Shown here: one piece after another, positions 12,901 to 23,300 of the stretch
Numbering within the stretch: position 1 is the first letter of the stretch
Layout: each line of letters begins with the position of its first letter
Source: Lepidodermella squamata
Taxonomy: Eukaryota; Animalia; Gastrotricha
DNA: 64,000 nt
Assembly: GCA_047495785.1 (NCBI GenBank)
Contig: JBLDXI010000025.1
Span: 1 to 64,000, forward strand
Direction of reading: 5' to 3'
Made by a program: the position numbers and the translations under genes
The notes under the pieces: model-generated
Told to the model about the DNA's origin: nothing
Databases searched by the model: none
What the model saw: only the letters and a program-made list of their open reading frames with translations

Positions 12901-15900
12901 AGCGAGCCTGAGCGGGCTAACATGGCTGTTTTCAGCCGTTGCACGTACTGCCGGTATTCGGCATCATGCCCAATCGTGGCGAATCAACGCCATCCGTGCA
13001 TCATTCGATAGTGGCAGCAATTGCAAACGCCATAGCACCCGATTGAGGCACATCGCTGTTGACGCGGCATTCTTAGCGAGCCTGAGCGGGCTGACATGGC
13101 TGTTTTCAGCCGTTGCACGTACTGCCGGTATTCGGCATCATCCCCAATCGTTGCGAATCAACGCCATCCGTGCATCATTCGATAGTGGTAGCAATTGCAA
13201 ACGCAATAGCACCCGATTGAGGCACATCGCTTTTGACGCGGCATTCGTAGCGAGCCTGAGCGGGCTAACATGGCTGTTTTCAGCCGTTGCACGTACTGCC
13301 GGTATTCGGCATCATGCCCAATCGTGGCGAATCAACGCCATCCGTGCATCATTCGATAGTGGTAGCAATTGCAAACGCAATAGCACCCGATTGAGGCACA
13401 TCGCTTTTGACGCGGCATTCGTAGCGAGCCTGAGCGGGCTAACATGGCTGTTTTCAGCCGTTGCACGTACTGCCGGTATTCGGCATCATGCCCAATCGTT
13501 GCGAATCAACGCCATCCGTGCATCATTCGATAGTGGCAGCAATTGCAAACGCAAACGCAGCCGATTGAGGCACATCGCTGTTGACGCGTCATTCGTAGCG
13601 AGCCTGAGCGGGCTAACATGGCTGTTTTCAGCCGTTGCACGTACTGCCGGTATTCGGCATCATGCCCAATCGTGGCGAATCAACGCCATCCGTGCATCAT
13701 TCGATAGTGGCAGCAATTGCAAACGCCATAGCACCCGATTGAGGCACATCGCTGTTGACGCGGCATTCTTAGCGAGCCTGAGCGGGCTGACATGGCTGTT
13801 TTCAGCCGTTGCACGTACTGCCGGTATTCGGCATCATCCCCAATCGTTGCGAATCAACGCCATCCGTGCATCATTCGATAGTGGCAGCAATTGCAAACGC
13901 CATAGCACCCGATTGAGGCACATCGCTGTTGACGCGGCATTCTTAGCGAGCCTGAGCGGGCTAACATGGCTGTTTTCAGCCGTTGCACGTACTGCCGGTA
14001 TTCGGCATCATCCCCAATCGTTGCGAATCAACGCCATCCGTGCATCATTCGATAGTGGTAGCAATTGCAAACGCAATAGCACCCGATTGAGGCACATCGC
14101 TTTTGACGCGGCATTCGTAGCGAGCCTGAGCGGGCTAACATGGCTGTTTTCAGCCGTTGCACGTACTGCCGGTATTCGGCATCATGCCCAATCGTTGCGA
14201 ATCAACGCCATCCGTGCATCATTCGATAGTGGCAGCAATTGCAAACGCAAACGCAGCCGATTGAGGCACATCGCTGTTGACGCGTCATTCGTAGCGAGCC
14301 TGAGCGGGCTAACATGGCTGTTTTCAGCCGTTGCACGTACTGCCGGTATTCGGCATCATGCCCAATCGTGGCGAATCAACGCCATCCGTGCATCATTCGA
14401 TAGTGGCAGCAATTGCAAACGCCATAGCACCCGATTGAGGCACATCGCTGTTGACGCGGCATTCTTAGCGAGCCTGAGCGGGCTGACATGGCTGTTTTCA
14501 GCCGTTGCACGTACTGCCGGTATTCGGCATCATCCCCAATCGTTGCGAATCAACGCCATCCGTGCATCATTCGATAGTGGTAGCAATTGCAAACGCAATA
14601 GCACCCGATTGAGGCACATCGCTTTTGACGCGGCATTCGTAGCGAGCCTGAGCGGGCTAACATGGCTGTTTTCAGCCGTTGCACGTACTGCCGGTATTCG
14701 GCATCATGCCCAATCGTTGCGAATCAACGCCATCCGTGCATCATTCGATAGTGGCAGCAATTGCAAACGCAATCGCAGCCGATTGAGGCACATCGCTGTT
14801 GACGCGTCATTCGCAGCGAGCCTGAGCGGGCTAACATGGCTGTTTTCAGCCGTTGCACGTGCTGCCGGTATTCGGCATCATGCCCAATCGTGGCGAATCA
14901 ACGCCATCCGTGCATCATTCGATAGTGGCAGCAATTGCAAACGCAATCGCAGCCGATTGAGGCACATCGCTGTTGACGCGGTATCCGCATCGAGCCTGAG
15001 CGGGCTAACATGGCTGTTTTCAGCCGTTGCACGTACTGCCGGTATTCGGCATCATGCCCAATCGTGGCGAATCAACGCCATCCGTGCATCATTCGATAGT
15101 GGCAGCAATTGCAAACGCCATAGCACCCGATTTAGGCACATCGCTGTTGACGCGGTATCCGCAGCGAGCCTGAGCGGGCTAACATGGCTGTTTTCAGCCG
15201 TTGCACGTGCTGCCGATATTCGGCATCATGCCCAATCGTGGCGAATCAACGCCATCCGTGCATCATTCGATAGTGGCAGCAATTGCAAACGCCATAGCAC
15301 CCGATTGAGGCACATCGCTTTTGACGCGGCATTCGCAGCGACCCTGAGCGGGCTGACATGGCTGTTTTCAGCCGTTGCACGTACTGCCGGTATTCGGCAT
15401 CATGCCCAATCGTGGCGAATCAACGCCATCCGTGCATCATTCGATAGTGGCAGCAATTGCAAACGCAATAGCAGCCGTTTGAGGCACATCGCTGTTGACG
15501 CGTCATTCGCAGCGAGCCTGAGCGGGCTAACATGGCTGTTTTCAGCCGTTGCACGTGCTGCCGGTATTCGGCATCATGCCCAATCGTGGCGAATCAACGC
15601 CATCCGTGCATCATTCGATAGTGGCAGCAATTGCAAACGCCATAGCACCCGATTTAGGCACATCGCTGTTGACGCGGTATCCGCAGCGAGCCTGAGCGGG
15701 CTAACATGGCTGTTTTCAGCCGTTGCACGTGCTGCCGATATTCGGCATCATGCCCAATCGTGGCGAATCAACGCCATCCGTGCATCATTCGATAGTGGCA
15801 GCAATTGCAAACGCCATAGCACCCGATTGAGGCACATCGCTTTTGACGCGGCATTCGCAGCGACCCTGAGCGGGCTGACATGGCTGTTTTCAGCCGTTGC

Positions 15901-18900
15901 ACGTACTGCCGGTATTCGGCATCATGCCCAATCGTGGCGAATCAACGCCATCCGTGCATCATTCGATAGTGGCAGCAATTGCAAACGCAATAGCAGCCGT
16001 TTGAGGCACATCGCTGTTGACGCGGCATTCGCAGCGACCCTGAGCGGGCTAACATGGCTGTTTTCAGCCGTTGCACGTGCTGCCGATATTCAGCATCATG
16101 CCCAATCGTGGCGAATCAACGCCATCCGTGCATCATTCGATAGTGGCAGCAATCGCAAACGCAATCGCAGCCGATTGAGGCACATCGCTGTTGACGCGGT
16201 ATCCGCAGCGAGCCTGAGCGGGCTAACATGGCTGTTTTCAGCCGTTGCACGTACTGCCGGTATTCGGCATCATGCCCAATCGTTGCGAATCAACGCCATC
16301 CGTGCATCGTTCGATAGTGGTAGCAATTGCAAACGCAATAGCACCCGATTGAGGCACATCGCTTTTGACGCGGCATTCGTAGCGAGCCTGAGCGGGCTAA
16401 CATGGCTGTTTTCAGCCGTTGCACGTACTGCCGGTATTCGGCATCATGCCCAATCGTTGCGAATCAACGCCATCCGTGCATCATTCGATAGTGGCAGCAA
16501 TTGCAAACGCAATCGCAGCCGATTGAGGCACATCGCTGTTGACGCGTCATTCGTAGCGAGCCTGAGCGGGCTAACATGGCTGTTTTCAGCCGTTGCACGT
16601 ACTGCCGGTATTCGGCATCATGCCCAATCGTGGCGAATCAACGCCATCCGTGCATCATTCGATAGTGGCAGCAATTGCAAACGCAATAGCAGCCGTTTGA
16701 GGCACATCGCTGTTGACGCGGCATTCGTAGCGAGCCTGAGCGGGCTGACATGGCTGTTTTCAGCCGTTGCACGTACTGCCGGTATTCGGCATCATGCCCA
16801 ATCGTGGCGAATCAACGCCATCCGTGCATCATTCGATAGTGGCAGCAATTGCAAACGCAATCGCAGCCGATTGAGGCACATCGCTGTTGACGCGGCATTA
16901 GCAGCGAGCCTGAGCGGGCTAACATGGCTGTTTTCAGCCGTTGCACGTGCTGCCGATATTCGGCATCATGCCCAATCGTGGCGAATCAACGCCATCCGTG
17001 CATCATTCGATAGTGGTAGCAATTGCAAACGCAATAGCACCCGATTGAGGCACATCGCTTTTGACGCGGCATTCGTAGCGAGCCTGAGCGGGCTAACATG
17101 GCTGTTTTCAGCCGTTGCACGTACTGCCGGTATTCGGCATCATGCCCAATCGTTGCGAATCAACGCCATCCGTGCATCATTCGATAGTGGCAGCAATTGC
17201 AAACGCAAACGCAGCCGATTGAGGCACATCGCTGTTGACGCGTCATTCGTAGCGAGCCTGAGCGGGCTAACATGGCTGTTTTCAGCCGTTGCACGTACTG
17301 CCGGTATTCGGCATCATGCCCAATCGTGGCGAATCAACGCCATCCGTGCATCATTCGATAGTGGCAGCAATTGCAAACGCCATAGCACCCGATTGAGGCA
17401 CATCGCTGTTGACGCGGCATTCTTAGCGAGCCTGAGCGGGCTGACATGGCTGTTTTCAGCCGTTGCACGTACTGCCGGTATTCGGCATCATCCCCAATCG
17501 TTGCGAATCAACGCCATCCGTGCATCATTCGATAGTGGTAGCAATTGCAAACGCAATAGCACCCGATTGAGGCACATCGCTTTTGACGCGGCATTCGTAG
17601 CGAGCCTGAGCGGGCTAACATGGCTGTTTTCAGCCGTTGCACGTACTGCCGGTATTCGGCATCATGCCCAATCGTTGCGAATCAACGCCATCCGTGCATC
17701 ATTCGATAGTGGCAGCAATTGCAAACGCAATCGCAGCCGATTGAGGCACATCGCTGTTGACGCGTCATTCGCAGCGAGCCTGAGCGGGCTAACATGGCTG
17801 TTTTCAGCCGTTGCACGTGCTGCCGGTATTCGGCATCATGCCCAATCGTGGCGAATCAACGCCATCCGTGCATCATTCGATAGTGGCAGCAATTGCAAAC
17901 GCAATCGCAGCCGATTGAGGCACATCGCTGTTGACGCGGTATCCGCATCGAGCCTGAGCGGGCTAACATGGCTGTTTTCAGCCGTTGCACGTACTGCCGG
18001 TATTCGGCATCATGCCCAATCGTGGCGAATCAACGCCATCCGTGCATCATTCGATAGTGGCAGCAATTGCAAACGCAATAGCAGCCGTTTGAGGCACATC
18101 GCTGTTGACGCGGCATTCGTAGCGAGCCTGAGCGGGCTGACATGGCTGTTTTCAGCCGTTGCACGTACTGCCGGTATTCGGCATCATGCCCAATCGTGGC
18201 GAATCAACGCCATCCGTGCATCATTCGATAGTGGCAGCAATTGCAAACGCAATCGCAGCCGATTGAGGCACATCGCTGTTGACGCGGCATTAGCAGCGAG
18301 CCTGAGCGGGCTAACATGGCTGTTTTCAGCCGTTGCACGTGCTGCCGGTATTCGGCATCATGCCCAATCGTTGCGAATCAACGCCATCCGTGCATCATTC
18401 GATAGTGGCAGCAATTGCAAACGCAATCGCAGCCGATTGAGGCACATCGCTGTTGACGCGGTATCCGCAGCGAGCCTGAGCGGGCTAACATGGCTGTTTT
18501 CAGCCGTTGCACGTGCTGCCGGTATTCGGCATCATGCCCAATCGTGGCGAATCAACGCCATCCGTGCATCATTCGATAGTGGTAGCAATTGCAAACGCAA
18601 TAGCACCCGATTGAGGCACATCGCTGTTGACGCGGCATTCGTAGCGAGCCTGAGCGGGCTAACATGGCTGTTTTCAGCCGTTGCACGTACTGCCGGTATT
18701 CGGCATCATGCCCAATCGTTGCGAATCAACGCCATCCGTGCATCATTCGATAGTGGCAGCAATTGCAAACGCAAACGCAGCCGATTGAGGCACATCGCTG
18801 TTGACGCGTCATTCGTAGCGAGCCTGAGCGGGCTAACATGGCTGTTTTCAGCCGTTGCACGTACTGCCGGTATTCGGCATCATGCCCAATCGTGGCGAAT

Positions 18901-21900
18901 CAACGCCATCCGTGCATCATTCGATAGTGGCAGCAATTGCAAACGCAATAGCACCCGATTGAGGCACATCGCTGTTGACGCGTCATTCGTAGCGAGCCTG
19001 AGCGGGCTGACATGGCTGTTTTCAGCCGTTGCACGTACTGCCGGTATTCGGCATCATGCCCAATCGTGGCGAATCAACGCCATCCGTGCATCATTCGATC
19101 GTGACAGCAATTGCAAACGCAATAGCACCCGATTGAGGCACATCGCTGTTGACGCGTCATTCGTAGCGAGCCTGAGCGGGCTAACATGGCTGTTTTCAGC
19201 CGTTGCACGTACTGCCGGTATTCGGCATCATGCCCAATCGTGGCGAATCAACGCCATCCGTGCATCATTCGATAGTGGCAGCAATTGCAAACGCAATAGC
19301 AGCCGTTTGAGGCACATCGCTGTTGACGCGGCATTCGTAGCGAGCCTGAGCGGGCTGACATGGCTGTTTTCAGCCGTTGCACGTACTGCCGGTATTCGGC
19401 ATCATGCCCAATCGTGGCGAATCAACGCCATCCGTGCATCATTCGATAGTGGCAGCAATTGCAAACGCAATCGCAGCCGATTGAGGCACATCGCTGTTGA
19501 CGCGGCATTAGCAGCGAGCCTGAGCGGGCTAACATGGCTGTTTTCAGCCGTTGCACGTGCTGCCGGTATTCGGCATCATGCCCAATCGTTGCGAATCAAC
19601 GCCATCCGTGCATCATTCGATAGTGGCAGCAATTGCAAACGCAATCGCAGCCGATTGAGGCACATCGCTGTTGACGCGGTATCCGCAGCGAGCCTGAGCG
19701 GGCTAACATGGCTGTTTTCAGCCGTTGCACGTGCTGCCGGTATTCGGCATCATGCCCAATCGTGGCGAATCAACGCCATCCGTGCATCATTCGATAGTGG
19801 TAGCAATTGCAAACGCAATAGCACCCGATTGAGGCACATCGCTGTTGACGCGGCATTCGTAGCGAGCCTGAGCGGGCTAACATGGCTGTTTTCAGCCGTT
19901 GCACGTACTGCCGGTATTCGGCATCATGCCCAATCGTTGCGAATCAACGCCATCCGTGCATCATTCGATAGTGGCAGCAATTGCAAACGCAAACGCAGCC
20001 GATTGAGGCACATCGCTGTTGACGCGTCATTCGTAGCGAGCCTGAGCGGGCTAACATGGCTGTTTTCAGCCGTTGCACGTACTGCCGGTATTCGGCATCA
20101 TGCCCAATCGTGGCGAATCAACGCCATCCGTGCATCATTCGATAGTGGCAGCAATTGCAAACGCAATAGCACCCGATTGAGGCACATCGCTGTTGACGCG
20201 TCATTCGTAGCGAGCCTGAGCGGGCTGACATGGCTGTTTTCAGCCGTTGCACGTACTGCCGGTATTCGGCATCATGCCCAATCGTGGCGAATCAACGCCA
20301 TCCGTGCATCATTCGATAGTGGCAGCAATTGCAAACGCCATAGCACCCGATTGAGGCACATCGCTGTTGACGCGTCATTCGTAGCGAGCCTGAGCGGGCT
20401 AACATGGCTGTTTTCAGCCGTTGCACGTACTGCCGGTATTCGGCATCATGCCCAATCGTGGCGAATCAACGCCATCCGTGCATCATTCGATCGTGACAGC
20501 AATTGCAAACGCAATAGCACCCGATTGAGGCACATCGCTGTTGACGCGTCATTCGTAGCGAGCCTGAGCGGGCTAACATGGCTGTTTTCAGCCGTTGCAC
20601 GTACTGCCGGTATTCGGCATCATGCCCAATCGTGGCGAATCAACGCCATCCGTGCATCATTCGATCGTGACAGCAATTGCAAACGCAATAGCACCCGATT
20701 GAGGCACATCGCTGTTGACGCGTCATTCGTAGCGAGCCTGAGCGGGCTAACATGGCTGTTTTCAGCCGTTGCACGTACTGCCGGTATTCGGCATCATGCC
20801 CAATCGTGGCGAATCAACGCCATCCGTGCATCATTCGATCGTGACAGCAATTGCAAACGCAATAGCACCCAATTGAGGCACATCGCTGTTGACGCGTCAT
20901 TCGTAGCGAGCCTGAGCGGGCTAACATGGCTGTTTTCAGCCGTTGCACGTACTGCCGGTATTCGGCATCATGCCCAATCGTGGCGAATCAACGCCATCCG
21001 TGCATCATTCGATCGTGACAGCAATTGCAAACGCAATAGCACCCGATTGAGGCACATCGCTGTTGACGCGTCATTCGTAGCGAGCCTGAGCGGGCTAACA
21101 TGGCTGTTTTCAGCCGTTGCACGTACTGCCGGTATTCGGCATCATGCCCAATCGTGGCGAATCAACGCCATCCGTGCATCATTCGATCGTGACAGCAATT
21201 GCAAACGCAATAGCACCCGATTGAGGCACATCGCTGTTGACGCGTCATTCGTAGCGAGCCTGAGCGGGCTAACATGGCTGTTTTCAGCCGTTGCACGTAC
21301 TGCCGGTATTCGGCATCATGCCCAATCGTGGCGAATCAACGCCATCCGTGCATCATTCGATAGTGGCAGCAATTGCAAACGCAATAGCAGCCGTTTGAGG
21401 CACATCGCTGTTGACGCGGCATTCGTAGCGAGCCTGAGCGGGCTGACATGGCTGTTTTCAGCCGTTGCACGTACTGCCGGTATTCGGCATCATGCCCAAT
21501 CGTGGCGAATCAACGCCATCCGTGCATCATTCGATAGTGGCAGCAATTGCAAACGCAATCGCAGCCGATTGAGGCACATCGCTGTTGACGCGGCATTAGC
21601 AGCGAGCCTGAGCGGGCTAACATGGCTGTTTTCAGCCGTTGCACGTGCTGCCGGTATTCGGCATCATGCCCAATCGTTGCGAATCAACGCCATCCGTGCA
21701 TCATTCGATAGTGGTAGCAATTGCAAACGCAATCGCAGCCGATTGAGGCACATCGCTGTTGACGCGGTATCCGCAGCGAGCCTGAGCGGGCTAACATGGC
21801 TGTTTTCAGCCGTTGCACGTACTGCCGGTATTCGGCATCATGCCCAATCGTGGCGAATCAACGCCATCCGTGCATCATTCGATAGTGGCAGCAAGTGCAA

Positions 21901-21971
21901 ACGCAATCGCAGCCGATTGAGGCACATCGCTGTTGACGCGTCATTCGTAGCGAGCCTGAGCGGGCTAACAT
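3922..21971 (+). repeat. 174-bp tandem satellite, forward block (~104 monomers)
   Basis: Monomer CGTGCATCATTCGATAGTGGCAGCAATTGCAAACGC...GGCGAATCAACGCCATC repeats with a 174-bp period (58-aa period in the ORF track); ends abruptly at CGGGCTAACAT 21971. Confidence 0.98.
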
Positions 21972-21995
21972 CGTGATTATCTAATGACACTTATA

Positions 21996-22932
21996 CAGGG
22001 TGTTCAAGAAATAATAGCCAGGCTATTTTTAGCGTTGGATTTTAGCCAGACGACACGCTAGCAAGTTGTCAAGCTGGACCCTGAGACATCTAGCCCTACT
22101 CAACCCACCGATTTCAGTTTTCAGTATCGTGTGTCGAAATAGACGGAAAATAGAAAAAAATAAAAAAATTATCTCCTCAATTCGGTTTTTGAATACTTTT
22201 TAATCTGATGAAATTCATAACGAGAACATTCATTCAAATCCAACTTTCACTTGGGACTTTGCTATTTTACTCATCACTCAGCTCAATACCTCGTTTTACT
22301 TTTCCCGATGGTAACTGTCACCATGAAAACCATGAAAATTTTCGCGTCGCCGAGTTACCTCGAAAGCGGTTATTGAAAATCAGCATAAAAATGTGATTCA
22401 GGAAAACAATTCCCATCGCGTTCGTTCCTAAAAGCTATTTATGGCGATTACTTTTTCCCGCCGAAAGCAAGCTGTTACTTCTCCGTACATATATAAAGCA
22501 AAAAGGTTCAAAAACCCAACTTTAGTAAGTACAGTAACTTACTAATAGTACAGTAAGACGCGTTACTTTTAATAATCAATCAGAAGCAAAAATACCACAA
22601 ATTGGTTGATTAATCTTAAAATTTCCAGCCGGAAACTGTTGGTTCATATTTCGCTTATCATTTTTCATCAACTTGGCTATTGTAATCAGCGAAATTGAAT
22701 ACCTTTCAATTATGATTCAAGAAACCAATTTAAATGTGATTTTTATTAAGCTATTACCTCGACCATTTTTTTTCAATTTCTGGTTTTGAGGTGGCAATAA
22801 AAAATCAAGGTCAAAAAAAAAGTTCCCGCTTTTACAAGAGAACACGCTGTTACGACTCGCGTCTCAAGTGTTAGAAAAGTCGCGTGTTGTCTGGCCTAAG
22901 TCCAACGCTAAAAATATTTCTTGAACACCCTG
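21996..22932. mobile_element. Non-autonomous Tc1/mariner-type DNA transposon (MITE-like), 937 bp
   Basis: Perfect 18-bp TIRs CAGGGTGTTCAAGAAATA / TATTTCTTGAACACCCTG, extended by ~33 bp of imperfect IR (TTTTTAGCGTTGGA..GCCAGAC.ACACGC). Flanked by TA on both sides, AT-rich interior, no transposase ORF. Confidence 0.85.
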
Positions 22933-23300
22933 TATACCTGCAATGTTACATGTTCGGCAAACATACACTATCATTGCGCCCTTCGGCAAGAGGAGATCAT
23001 CGCATGTTTATTTATCGGCAATGAGTCTTTCGGTTTTATGGTTTTACCTGAATGGCAAGTGATGTCAAAATAATCGTTTATTCTCGTCTTTTGGAAAAAA
23101 ATTCAAGATGTACAATGAAGAAGAAATGAAATGCTGCTTCTCCCGCAGTAGTTTGAAGATACATGAAAACTAAGAGCTGCCAAACTTGTTCGTCCGCAGT
23201 CTATGCATCATGAAGGCGAAACGAAGACTTTCCCACTTCAATATAGCCAATTTCGCTTACCGCCATTAGCGTCGAGCTGGCGGCAGCGAGAAACGCGTCG

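Noticed and set aside
16-21971. CRISPR array
   Set aside because: Whole monomers repeat with no unique spacers; eukaryotic context, no cas genes.
4922-21976. 5684-aa ORF as a protein-coding gene
   Set aside because: It is the satellite translated: TTG start inside a monomer, no Met in the repeat, mostly non-synonymous variation, no recognisable domain.
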